Below, piece by piece: positions 9,401 to 18,298 of a stretch of DNA of 64,000 nucleotides. A program made the position numbers and the translations under genes. The notes under the pieces are model-generated. The model saw only the letters and a program-made list of their open reading frames with translations, searched no databases and had not been told where the DNA came from. Position 1 is the first letter of the stretch; each line of letters starts with the position of its first letter. This DNA is from a virus (Duplodnaviria; Heunggongvirae; Uroviricota; Caudoviricetes). The stretch lies in the IMG/VR virus record IMGVR_UViG_2718218135_000001, positions 49,251 to 113,250 of that record. One strand, given 5' to 3'.

Positions 9401-11038
9401 AATGCTTCTCAGCGTGCGGCCAAGAAAGAACAGGCAGCGCAACAGAAACTGGCGGCCGGATATCAGAAGGCTCTGGATAAAGCCGATCAGCTTATGGGGC
9501 AAATGGGTGAAAGCTCTAAGGCTACGGTATCGTTTGATCAGTCTCTTCGCGATACAACGAAATCGCTGACTGATTTGGCTAATGCGGTTCCTAACGAGTT
9601 CATCACTCAAGAGATGATCGACAAGGCGAAAAAACGTCTTGAAGACCTTAAAAATGCGACACCTGAATATCGCGAGATGTTTAATCGCCGCAATGTTGAG
9701 CAGATGATCTCCACTTGGGCACCGGAGGCGGATTCCATTATTAGTGCTGGCTATACGCCGTCTCGCGAAGAGAAAGTTGCTGATTTCGAAGACACCTACA
9801 ACCGCAATCTCAAAGCGTTGATAGAACTTCGTGATAAGGCGTCTGATCCTAAAGTTGTGGCGCTTTATACAAAGAAAATCAATCAACTGATTGCTGCTGG
9901 CAATACCGCGCTTATTAAAGAGACGGGGACTGCGACGCAGAAGTTGGCACTGGAATACGAAAACCTGGCAGAGCAGATCGAAAGCACCTGGACTGATTTG
10001 TTTAGTGGCTTAACTGATGTTCTGACTGATTTCGTTATTAACGGGAAGATGAGCTTCTCCAGCCTGTCCCAGTCCATTTTGAAAGATATCACCAATATGG
10101 TCGTGAAGTCGCAGATCACGCTGCCTCTAATGAACATGTTGGGGATGGGAACCACCGCAGTTGGTAGTTCACAGAGTGGTAATTTGCTCACCGGGGTTGC
10201 TTCCGCAGTTGCCAATCAAGGTGTGCGCATAAGCAACACTGTTAATGGCGACAAGTCGGTAGGAGAAGCCACGAAGGAGACGTCCAGTTCGGTAACTGGA
10301 TTGGGGCAAACGACACAGCAGACCACCAGCGCAATTGGCACAGCAACAAATGCGATTGGTAGCTGGGTATCAGGGCTATTTGATAGCACCGAAGCCAAAG
10401 ATGCTGAGACAAAAGCAGTGAAGGATTCCATCTTCTCGATGCAGAACCTCAGCTCTGTTACCGGTGCTCTGTCTGCCGCGTTCGCAATGCTTGGAGCTAA
10501 TGCTTCCGGCTCTGGTAATAAGTGGTTGAATTTCGGCGCGACAGTTGCATCTGGGTTGGTTTCAGTATGGGCAGGTGGTGGTTTCGACAGCGCGACATCA
10601 AACTCTGCTAAAACCGCAACCAGCAGTGTGGCTGACGGAACTAAAGGCATTCCTGCAATCCCGAAGTTTGCAAATGGAGGAATATTCGGAAAAGACGGCG
10701 TGATCCCGCTCCGGGCATACCAGAAAGGCGGTATTGCTAACTCGCCTCAATTAGCGTTGTTTGGGGAAGGTTCTATGAATGAGGCGTATGTTCCATTGCC
10801 TGATGGTCGAACAATCCCTGTAACGCTCAGTACCGATGGTATGAGTGGAGGAGGAAATGTTCTTTCTCCGGTATCAATTGAGATCAACGTCCATAGTGAC
10901 GGTAGCACAACTGAATCCGGCGATACAGAAAGCATATGGAACAATGCCGCTCAACGGATGAAAGCAATCGCGCTTGAGACTATCGCTCAAGAGAAACGCC
11001 CTGGCGGATCACTCAACCCAAACACTCAACGTAACTAA
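6467..11038 (+). CDS. tail tape measure protein
   Basis: About 1520-aa ORF with long helical/coiled-coil content, Gly-rich tract and hydrophobic segments; ATG at 6467 with AAGGGA RBS (track TTG at 6446). Confidence 0.7.
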   Translation: MSQNVEFVLSLEDKQFTASIDRAGKLLTRFGEQATKPAQKINNLERSLGSVSRIIGVLESKLDATADKLQDVAAGFELVSDVSRKTRGNITSLNSGLKTLIERVDTTTSSVNKLTTSLRKVQSELNEFSDWATFAGKSASRFGTEVKEASTSVSGMNTRLNTTTKRLSNWGVTTNQAAEGLKKVRDQMDAVIGRQQLISKPVRVRTSGYGEGGGNGGGGRHSGSYGHGGRGAENGVFSGLRGNIFLLGEIGDAARTVTDILFGWQKPIVEAASKMERMCVMLRGLNKDKANPGKAAAEDMQYIVDMAQNAPFAMQALTDSFVKFRSAGLDPTDGSLKALVDSVARFGGDSELLKRAAVAVQQMSGKGVVSMEELRQQLGEAVPNAMKAMADAAGITMGELTKAVSSGTVEAKQALSLMFVGLRAENENAAKDMMQTYTGALAQLQTSFTLFADRVGQTGYLDSLSKGMKELASIMNSAEGISFANSLGSGLTTAIDGLRQLAQWLAKNQELVINLGKVVAAMVAFKLMRAGIMGVVGAGSQMVSTFATMATAIQTPFNLGATAVTRFNRAARMGLAPIPSLIFAIRGAITGLKGAFAGLTAFIAANPIGAAFTVATVAVAGLITYMTMLRSETSKVVDEIRKIPEAMTAAKRAQMAEYKARLEQQITQKEQELKSGEKVVYGPGMAGTAVKINQDERKRIENELNDLREKRDKTTGAIERGDTAVAKRLAKDAAESQIEKIREENRDFAATFAKARQEALEKIQKINDDDSLSDDEKNKLLAPLRETVNKSYLEPAQKLVDSLSSRKNATEKQIATLNDQLEKAKKDGNTEQIQKLQGSIRGYQEHLEAVAQELTQAEFERDNAAKTGKGVMSNQGTVLGLGTTDKAAQKALAQYMRNQMDSATYQRTLPDGTPMMDFEGKPIIGPKQLKTQLNLQKASSASSLEKMSDAERAAAIAALTKAREQDAAAAEKAGRRTANASQRAAKKEQAAQQKLAAGYQKALDKADQLMGQMGESSKATVSFDQSLRDTTKSLTDLANAVPNEFITQEMIDKAKKRLEDLKNATPEYREMFNRRNVEQMISTWAPEADSIISAGYTPSREEKVADFEDTYNRNLKALIELRDKASDPKVVALYTKKINQLIAAGNTALIKETGTATQKLALEYENLAEQIESTWTDLFSGLTDVLTDFVINGKMSFSSLSQSILKDITNMVVKSQITLPLMNMLGMGTTAVGSSQSGNLLTGVASAVANQGVRISNTVNGDKSVGEATKETSSSVTGLGQTTQQTTSAIGTATNAIGSWVSGLFDSTEAKDAETKAVKDSIFSMQNLSSVTGALSAAFAMLGANASGSGNKWLNFGATVASGLVSVWAGGGFDSATSNSAKTATSSVADGTKGIPAIPKFANGGIFGKDGVIPLRAYQKGGIANSPQLALFGEGSMNEAYVPLPDGRTIPVTLSTDGMSGGGNVLSPVSIEINVHSDGSTTESGDTESIWNNAAQRMKAIALETIAQEKRPGGSLNPNTQRN

Positions 11039-11080
11039 CTATCGACTGCCCCGACCGGGGCAGTCTCACAAGGATGTGAG

Positions 11081-11416
11081 ATGGAAAGACAAACGTTTAA
11101 TTGGTATCCAGATTACGAATCTGAAAAAAGCGTAAAACCGAATGTAACGGTACTTAATTTTGGTGATGACTACGAGCAGCGACAGGCTCAAGGTCTTAAT
11201 CGTATTAAAGAAGAATGGTCGTTAACCTTTACCAGATCATACAACGAAATTAATGCAATCGATGACTTCCTGACTGAGCGATCAGGCGTTGAATCGTTCT
11301 ATTGGGTTAATCCAAGAGGCAAGCAGATTGTAGTTGTATGTGACAGTCATACGGTCAAGCGATATCAGGGGTACTGTGTCTTAACTGCTACATTCAGACA
11401 AGTATTTGAGGCTTAA
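11081..11416 (+). CDS. minor tail protein (gpM-like by position)
   Basis: 111-aa ORF immediately after tape measure. Confidence 0.45.
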   Translation: MERQTFNWYPDYESEKSVKPNVTVLNFGDDYEQRQAQGLNRIKEEWSLTFTRSYNEINAIDDFLTERSGVESFYWVNPRGKQIVVVCDSHTVKRYQGYCVLTATFRQVFEA

Positions 11417-11423
11417 GTATCTG

Positions 11424-11448
11424 GATAAGTAAGTACTAATTTACTATC
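11424..11448. promoter_or_regulatory. conserved intergenic motif A copy (GATAAGTAAGTACTAATTTACTATC)
   Basis: Same TAAGTAAGTA core as other copies; about 50 bp upstream of next start. Confidence 0.5.
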
Positions 11449-11498
11449 ATTGTGGCGCTGACAGGATGTTGGCGCCTTTTTATTTCAAGGAAGAAACA

Positions 11499-12200
11499 AT
11501 GGGTATTAAAGCTGATATTCAGAGCTTGTCGCCCTCCGCGCTCATTGAACTGTTCGAACTTGATATGTCGAACACCACCTCTGGAGGCAAGCTATATTTC
11601 CACGCTGGTACAAACGAGCTGATGGAGCCGGTTGTTTGGCAAGGCGTGTCCTACGAACCGTGGCCAATCAAAGCGTCAGGCTTTGATAAGACTGGTCAGG
11701 GTACTTTGCCTCGTCCAAAAATCCAGGTCTCCAACTTTGCCGGAACTGTCTCCGCTGAAGTTCAGGCAAACGACGATCTGGTAGGTTGCCGCATCATCCG
11801 CAAGATGACACTGGCGCGTTTTCTCGACGAGGCCAACTTCAAAGACGGTAATCCAACCGCAGATCCAAATCAGCACTTCCCGGATGAGATGTGGTTCATC
11901 GAACAGAAGACTCTCGAAACCCATGAGGTCGTCGAGTTTGAGCTGTCGAGTGTGTTCGATCTGATGGGCGTGCAGCTGCCGTACCGCCAGATCATCAAAA
12001 ACACCTGCCCGTGGAAATACCGCGGCCCAGAGTGCGGCTACACCGGCCCATATTTCGACAAAAACAACCAGCAAACCACCATGTCTGGCGCGGATTACTG
12101 CACGAAACGCTACGACTCATGCAACGCACGGCGCAACTACTTTGCCAATGGCGTAATCCACTTTGGCGGGTTCATTGGGGCAACGCGTTATGGGCAATAG
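11499..12200 (+). CDS. minor tail protein (gpL-like) with C-terminal Cys cluster
   Basis: ATG at 11499 with AAGGAAG RBS; C-terminal CPWKYRGPECGYTGPYFDKNNQQTTMSGADYCTKRYDSCNARRNYF cysteine motif as in lambda L-type proteins. Confidence 0.55.
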   Translation: MGIKADIQSLSPSALIELFELDMSNTTSGGKLYFHAGTNELMEPVVWQGVSYEPWPIKASGFDKTGQGTLPRPKIQVSNFAGTVSAEVQANDDLVGCRIIRKMTLARFLDEANFKDGNPTADPNQHFPDEMWFIEQKTLETHEVVEFELSSVFDLMGVQLPYRQIIKNTCPWKYRGPECGYTGPYFDKNNQQTTMSGADYCTKRYDSCNARRNYFANGVIHFGGFIGATRYGQ

Positions 12201-12987
12201 AGTATTCCCGGAGCTTGGTTCGGACGTTATGCAGGAAATCTATCTGACAGCCATTAAACGTTACCCGAACGAAGCGTGTGGCTTTCTGGTGCGTACCACT
12301 GGCGAGAAATATCGCTTCATTGAAGCCCGGAACGTGTCGGAGCACCCGGAAAACACGTTTGTTATGCACGCTGACGACATTATCACTGCGGAAGATGCGG
12401 GAGACGTGGTTGCCATCTGGCACTCCCATACTGACGAATCTGCTGATGCGTCAGACGCCGACCGCGCCGGATGTGAGGCAACGGAAGTTCCGTGGCTGAT
12501 TCTGGCTGTTCGCAAGAACATCGAGGGCGATGCGCCATTTCACTTCAGTGAAATGAATGTGATCACCCCAGACGGCTTTGAGATGCCTTATCTGGGCCGA
12601 CCCTATGTGTTCGGCGTCTTCGACTGCTGGATGCTTTGTCGCGACTATCTGAAACGAGAGTTTGGTGTCGAGCTGAACCCGAATGCGCATCTGCATATTC
12701 CGTTATGGTACACGGGTGATGATGACATTCTCGACCATAACTATCGAAATGAAGGGCTTGTGCGTCTTGCGCCAGGGACGGAGCCGCAGCGCGGCGATGT
12801 CTTCTTCATCCAGTACGGGAAAATGCCTGATCACTGCGCGGTGTATATCGGAGACGGCATGATCCTGCATCACCAAATCGACCGCCTGAGTTGTCGCGCT
12901 TATTACGGCGGCATGTACCAGAAACATACGACGCACCATCTGCGTCACAGAGACTTACTCAAGGGTGATGAAAAGTGTCTGAGTTAG
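12190..12987 (+). CDS. tail assembly protein (gpK-like; MPN/JAMM plus NlpC/P60-like motifs)
   Basis: HSHTDE (JAMM-like) then FDCWMLCRDY ... DHCAVYIGDGMILHH (Cys/His papain-like); ATG at 12190 overlapping upstream stop. Confidence 0.55.
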   Translation: MGNRVFPELGSDVMQEIYLTAIKRYPNEACGFLVRTTGEKYRFIEARNVSEHPENTFVMHADDIITAEDAGDVVAIWHSHTDESADASDADRAGCEATEVPWLILAVRKNIEGDAPFHFSEMNVITPDGFEMPYLGRPYVFGVFDCWMLCRDYLKREFGVELNPNAHLHIPLWYTGDDDILDHNYRNEGLVRLAPGTEPQRGDVFFIQYGKMPDHCAVYIGDGMILHHQIDRLSCRAYYGGMYQKHTTHHLRHRDLLKGDEKCLS

Positions 12988-13568
12988 TTCATGTGCAACT
13001 TGGCGGCCCTATGGCCAAACATTTTGGTCGTCACTGGCATTTGAAAGTTCGCAACACCAAGCAGGCTCTGGATTTGATTGAGGCTAATCGCCCCGGATTC
13101 AAAGCCTGGATGAAGCGAAATCTCAAAACCTACGACAAATACCACATCCAGATCACCAATAAACAGGGCTACAAGTGGTCTGTGGACGAGAGTGAATATC
13201 AGATGATGGGGCAGTCTGACAACATAGCCAAAATCCGCATTACCCCTGTTCCGCGAGGAAGCGGCGGTTCTGCTTTTGGGTGGTTTCAGACGGTAGTAGG
13301 AGCCGCTTTGTTGGTTGTATCGGCGGTAATGATGCCTGCTTTAGCACCTCTCGGTTTGTCACTGATGATGGGCGGTATAGCGCAAATCATATCTCCGCAA
13401 GCCACTAACGAAAGTGTAAGACAGGCAGATAACTCCGACTCGTTCTATTTCGACGGCCCTCAAAATACAGAAAACCAGGGCAACCCAGTACAACTTATCT
13501 ATGGCGAGGAAATTCTGGTTGGCTCACAGGTTGTGAGTTCTTCAATCACGATTGACCAGCTAATGTAA
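12975..13568 (+). CDS. tail assembly protein (gpI-like)
   Basis: 197-aa ORF with hydrophobic segment, between K-like and J-like genes; GTG start. Confidence 0.45.
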   Translation: MSELVHVQLGGPMAKHFGRHWHLKVRNTKQALDLIEANRPGFKAWMKRNLKTYDKYHIQITNKQGYKWSVDESEYQMMGQSDNIAKIRITPVPRGSGGSAFGWFQTVVGAALLVVSAVMMPALAPLGLSLMMGGIAQIISPQATNESVRQADNSDSFYFDGPQNTENQGNPVQLIYGEEILVGSQVVSSSITIDQLM

Positions 13569-13585
13569 ACAAGGATTTTTTGAAC

Positions 13586-16500
13586 ATGGAACAGTTCAAG
13601 AAGAAAAAGTTACCGCTGTTTATTGCCGGTGCGGGTGGTAAAAAAAGTAGCAAAAGCTCCAGCCGTACACCGGTTGAAGCCGACGATACCGTAAATTCTC
13701 GTGCAATGGCCGCTATCCTCGATCTTCTTGGGGAAGGGGTAATTGGCGGCTTAGTAAATGGCGCAAGATCTATTTTTATCGACGATCTGCCGATTGTAAA
13801 TGAAGACGGTTCCTCCAACTTCAGCGGAATCACATGGGATTTTCGCGACGGTTCACAAGACCAGACTCCAATGTCTGGCTTTGATTTCGTTGAAACGCCT
13901 AAATCCGTCAATATCCAGTTAAAAAAAACGCATTATGTAACGGTTTCAATCGATAACGATGAAGCTGATCGGGTTCGTGTCATCATGAAGTTTCCTTCTT
14001 TGCGAAGCATAGATAAAAAAACTGGTGACACGAACGGTACGACTGTTGAGTACAAGTTCCAGATAGCAAATGGCGACTCAACATTTGTAGATGTGGTCGC
14101 GGAAGGTGAAAAAAGCGTTGGCATTAAGCTAACAGCAAAGAAGACCGGCGTTTATTACCGTAGCTATGAGCTGAAGCTGCCTAAGCCTGGACGAGCATAC
14201 AAGGTTCGTGTAGTCCGTATTACCGATGATAACAGTAGCCAGTATCTCTATAACGATACATGGGTGGATTCAATCGGGGAAATTGTCGATACACCGATGA
14301 ACTATCCAAACTCTGTTTTGGTTGGATTGAAGGTAAACTCTGAGCAATTCGGCAGCACCATGCCATCTCGCTCTTATCTGGTGCGTGGCCTAAAAATTCG
14401 AGTACCTTCAAACTATAACGAGTCCAGTAACACTTACGCTGGGGTATGGGATGGCACTTTTAAGCTGTTGTCTTCTTCGAACCCCGCGTGGATTCTCTTT
14501 GATTTGCTGACCAATGCTCGATATGGCCTTGGTCAGTATGTGTCGGAATCTATGATTGACCTTGGCCAGTTGTACCAGATTGGTCGATATTGTGACGAAG
14601 AGGTCGATGATGGCTTTGGTGGCAAAGAGAAACGCTTTGCAATCAATACGCAGATCACCAGTCGACAGGACGCATACCGGCTAATTCAGGATATTGCTGG
14701 AGCATTCCGCGGCATGGTGTTTTGGGCTGGTGGGATGGTTAACATCATGCAGGATAGCCCATCAGATCCGGTAATGATGTTTACCAACTCTAACGTCAAA
14801 GATGGATTGTTTACCTATAAAGGTTCTGCGCGTAAAGATCGCCCATCCGTTGCGCTCGTAACCTACAACAACAAGGAGGACGGTTATAAGCAAAACATCG
14901 AGTACGTTGAAGATCAGGACGCAATGCGCCGTTATGGTGAGCGTAAGACAGAAGTCGTAGCATTTGGCTGTACAAGCCGAGGGCAGGCTCACCGAGTTGG
15001 TTTGTGGCTTTTGTATACCGCCAGAATGGAGTCGGATGTAATTACATTTACTGCCGGCTTAGACGCGTCATTTTTGATGCCTGGTGAAACCGTTCTGATT
15101 CAGAACAAATATCGCGCAGGCAAACGTAACTCAGGTCGAATTGTGGCGTTTACCAAAAACAGCGTCACACTCGATGCGCCTGTGTCGTTAGCCAAAGGCG
15201 GCTGCTTTATTCGAATACTGAATCAGGAAGGCAAAATCGTTGAACGCGATGCTCTTGAAACTGGCGAAAATATAACAAAAGTTACGTTTTCAAAAGCCCT
15301 GTCGTCAGCGGAAACGCCTGTTTTGAACGGTGTCTGGACAATTACAGAACCAGATCTCGAACCTATGCGCGTTCGCATCGTTAACATCGCTCAGGGGGAA
15401 ACGTCGGGTAGCTTTGACATCACCGCTGTTGAAAACAATCCGTCTAAATATGAGGCGATCGACAATGGTGCAACGCTTATCCCGCAGAATACGACGGTAT
15501 TGGACCCGACTTACTCCAAGCCGTCTAATTTGCAAATCACTGAAGGGACTTATCTCTCAAGCCCGGGCAACCTGTCAGTAAAACTGACTGCAACATGGGA
15601 AGGGAAATCTCCAGAGTATTGGATCAGTTGGCGACGTTCTGATGCAAACAATGTATCGAACTGGCAATCGACGCGTGTAACCGAAGAGCAATACGAAATC
15701 GTTAATGTCGCGGAGAATGGACGCTACGACTTCCAACTGTATGCGGTTTCATTCAACGGTAAAAAAACAGAAATTATCAGCACCGTCTACAAAGTTCAGG
15801 GGACGATGACGCCGCCGGATGCACCGACTGCACTGACGGCCGTGGGCGACTACCGCAACGTGATTCTGAATTGGGTTAACCCGGACTCAATCGACCTCGA
15901 TCACATCAACGTGTATGCATCCCGGACCAACAACCTGGACACTGCAAAACTAATTGCCGAAGCAGCCAGTACCACCTTTACGCACGCAGGTCTTGGAGAT
16001 AGCGAAACTTGGTTCTATTGGGTTCGTGCAGCAAACAAACGCGGAATGTTGAGCCAGCCGAACTCCAATTTGGGCACTGAGGCGATGACGAAAGATGTTC
16101 TGTCTTTCCTGACCGGGAAGATCACTTCTTCGGAATTGGGGCAGGAACTGCTTGAGGAAATCGACACCAAAGCCTCGCAGGAAGCCGTCGACGCAATCAA
16201 CAAGCAGATGGAAGAAAGCCTGAAAAGCCTTGATGACAAATTTACTGAGACCGATCAACGGATTGAAGAAGCCCAAAACGTTCTTAGAACGGAAGTTTCT
16301 AATACTGCCAGCAAGGTGGAAGAGGCTCTTAAGGAGGTTGAAAACTCAAATGCCGCATTAATTCAGTTGAAGGAAACTGTTTCAGAGCAGGACAAGGTCG
16401 TTGCTGGAGCGGTTGAGGCCGCGAATGCAGCACTGGACAATTCATCGGCTTTAGTTGCGGAGGAACGTGAGGCACGAGTCGAAGGCGACTTGGCGAACGC

Positions 16501-18163
16501 GAAAGAAATCGAGGCAATGAAGTCAACTGTAGATAGCAGTTTGGCCACCATTGAAGAGATGAAAAAAACCGTGGCTGAAGTCGAGCACTCCAGTGCCGAA
16601 GTGACGACAAACATTGAGGCATTGGCTAAAACAAACATCGATTTAGCTTTGCGTCAGGATGAAGACCAGCACAAACAGATGGTGAGCAATTCCAGGATCG
16701 CCACAACTCAGAAGGCTTTTGCAGATGATATGTCCGCAATGGCTACGAAAATGGAAGAGATTAGAGCTGAAATAAATGAGGATATCAGAGCTTCAATCAC
16801 TGAAGAGACTACGGCTCGTGTAGATGCGGATAATGCTATTGGAAGCAGAATCACCAAACTTGAATCAAAGATTAACGATGACATTTCTGCCGCAATTGTG
16901 AGTGAACAAGAGGCGCGAGCCAGTGCCGATGAAGCACTTTCAAAAGAAGTCCTATCGTTACAAGCCAAAGTTGAAGGCGATATTAGTGCCGCTATATCTG
17001 AAGAAAAAAACGCCCGAGCAACTGCCGACGAATCTTTGGCACAACAGATAACTACATTGAAGAGTCAAACGGGCAAGGATATTAAGGCGGCTGTAGCTGA
17101 AGAGACGAAAGCCAGAACTGATGCTGATTCCGCTTTGGCTTCTAATATCACTAATCTACAGGCTCAAACGAGCAAAGATATTCATGCTGCGATTACATCT
17201 GAAGCGACTGCGCGTACAAGCTCCGACAATGCACTAAGTGGGAGAGTTGACACCTTAAAAGCATCAGTAGATGGAAATACAGCAACAATTCAACAACAGG
17301 CCACAGCTATTGCTGATACGAACAAGAAGGTATCAACAGCCTGGACGCTGAAAATGGAAACCTCCACCAGCGGAGGCCAAAAATATGTTGCCGGCATAGC
17401 GTTGGGCATCGACACAACAGGTCTATCGCAGTTTTTGGTGCAGGCAGATCGCTTTGGTTTGGTGAACTCCGTTAATGGGAAAATTACAACGCCATTCGTT
17501 ATTGATGCCGGTGTGGCTTATATGAACGGAGCTTATATCAAGAACGGCACCATTGATAACGCCAAAATAGGCAACTTTATTCAGTCCAACGATTACTCAA
17601 GCGGGATGACGGGGTGGCATATTAATAAAAACGGGAACTCAGAGTTTAACAATGTAACTGTTAGAGGCACCGTTTACGCAACGAATGGCAAATTCACAGG
17701 AGAAATACAGGCTACCAGCGGAACATTCAGAGGCACGGTACAAGCAGATCACTTCGTAGGCGATGTCGCTAACATGTATGTGGGCAATGACTTCTCAGTT
17801 CGTTACAGCGGCACATATACAATGACATATACAGACTCTTCTTCGTCTGCATTGCCCAAAAATATTTATGTGGCAATAAATGTATATACGGGGGGCGTCG
17901 GCCCTGTTGCAGCCCAATTTACCTGCAATGGAGTGACGAAGACCGCAACCACTGGTAAGGGGGCAACATACAGAGACCCTGATCTTAATTCAACAAGATC
18001 TACAGGCGTCGGTGGCACTCTTTACGCTGCTTTTAACAATGTTACCTCAAGAACTGTTGCTGTTACGGTAAAAGTGACCAGTTCATCACAGACACATATT
18101 TATTCGCCCGTGATGCTAATCAGCCGTGGAAGTGGCGCATTTTCCATGTCGGGCATCAGTTAA
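13586..18163 (+). CDS. host specificity / central tail fibre protein (lambda gpJ-like)
   Basis: About 1525 aa; N-terminal GAGGKKSSKSSSRTPVEADDTVNSRAMAAILDLLGEGVIGG region typical of J-type proteins; internal periodic about 26-aa repeats; ATG at 13586 with AAGGA RBS. Confidence 0.7.
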   Translation: MEQFKKKKLPLFIAGAGGKKSSKSSSRTPVEADDTVNSRAMAAILDLLGEGVIGGLVNGARSIFIDDLPIVNEDGSSNFSGITWDFRDGSQDQTPMSGFDFVETPKSVNIQLKKTHYVTVSIDNDEADRVRVIMKFPSLRSIDKKTGDTNGTTVEYKFQIANGDSTFVDVVAEGEKSVGIKLTAKKTGVYYRSYELKLPKPGRAYKVRVVRITDDNSSQYLYNDTWVDSIGEIVDTPMNYPNSVLVGLKVNSEQFGSTMPSRSYLVRGLKIRVPSNYNESSNTYAGVWDGTFKLLSSSNPAWILFDLLTNARYGLGQYVSESMIDLGQLYQIGRYCDEEVDDGFGGKEKRFAINTQITSRQDAYRLIQDIAGAFRGMVFWAGGMVNIMQDSPSDPVMMFTNSNVKDGLFTYKGSARKDRPSVALVTYNNKEDGYKQNIEYVEDQDAMRRYGERKTEVVAFGCTSRGQAHRVGLWLLYTARMESDVITFTAGLDASFLMPGETVLIQNKYRAGKRNSGRIVAFTKNSVTLDAPVSLAKGGCFIRILNQEGKIVERDALETGENITKVTFSKALSSAETPVLNGVWTITEPDLEPMRVRIVNIAQGETSGSFDITAVENNPSKYEAIDNGATLIPQNTTVLDPTYSKPSNLQITEGTYLSSPGNLSVKLTATWEGKSPEYWISWRRSDANNVSNWQSTRVTEEQYEIVNVAENGRYDFQLYAVSFNGKKTEIISTVYKVQGTMTPPDAPTALTAVGDYRNVILNWVNPDSIDLDHINVYASRTNNLDTAKLIAEAASTTFTHAGLGDSETWFYWVRAANKRGMLSQPNSNLGTEAMTKDVLSFLTGKITSSELGQELLEEIDTKASQEAVDAINKQMEESLKSLDDKFTETDQRIEEAQNVLRTEVSNTASKVEEALKEVENSNAALIQLKETVSEQDKVVAGAVEAANAALDNSSALVAEEREARVEGDLANAKEIEAMKSTVDSSLATIEEMKKTVAEVEHSSAEVTTNIEALAKTNIDLALRQDEDQHKQMVSNSRIATTQKAFADDMSAMATKMEEIRAEINEDIRASITEETTARVDADNAIGSRITKLESKINDDISAAIVSEQEARASADEALSKEVLSLQAKVEGDISAAISEEKNARATADESLAQQITTLKSQTGKDIKAAVAEETKARTDADSALASNITNLQAQTSKDIHAAITSEATARTSSDNALSGRVDTLKASVDGNTATIQQQATAIADTNKKVSTAWTLKMETSTSGGQKYVAGIALGIDTTGLSQFLVQADRFGLVNSVNGKITTPFVIDAGVAYMNGAYIKNGTIDNAKIGNFIQSNDYSSGMTGWHINKNGNSEFNNVTVRGTVYATNGKFTGEIQATSGTFRGTVQADHFVGDVANMYVGNDFSVRYSGTYTMTYTDSSSSALPKNIYVAINVYTGGVGPVAAQFTCNGVTKTATTGKGATYRDPDLNSTRSTGVGGTLYAAFNNVTSRTVAVTVKVTSSSQTHIYSPVMLISRGSGAFSMSGIS

Positions 18164-18231
18164 TTGATAGGAATAATGAGCAGCAATGTATATAGCGTGT
18201 TTTCTTAGTGCAAAAGGATTTTGTATCATGG

Positions 18232-18255
18232 ATAATAAGTAAGTATATACCTATT
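18232..18255. promoter_or_regulatory. conserved intergenic motif A copy (ATAATAAGTAAGTATATACCTATT)
   Basis: About 45 bp upstream of side tail fibre start. Confidence 0.5.
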
Positions 18256-18256
18256 T

Positions 18257-18278
18257 GTGTGGGCAGGGACGCCCACAC
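18257..18278 (+). other. GC-rich hairpin in 5' leader of tail fibre gene
   Basis: GTGTGGGC-AGGGAC-GCCCACAC perfect inverted repeat, no U-tract, immediately followed by AAGGAG RBS. Confidence 0.45.
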
Positions 18279-18298
18279 TTCAAGGAGTGAAAAAGAAC

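Noticed and set aside
9107-9886. 259-aa ORF on the minus strand inside the tape measure gene
   Set aside because: Entirely antisense to a long, well-supported coding gene; Arg/Phe/Cys-rich composition typical of antisense translation; no RBS or promoter context.
12163-12189. Upstream alternative start for the gpK-like gene (track start 12163)
   Set aside because: ATG at 12190 gives the short overlap with the upstream stop that is typical of coupled tail genes; the 12163 start would overlap the L-like gene by about 38 nt without an RBS.
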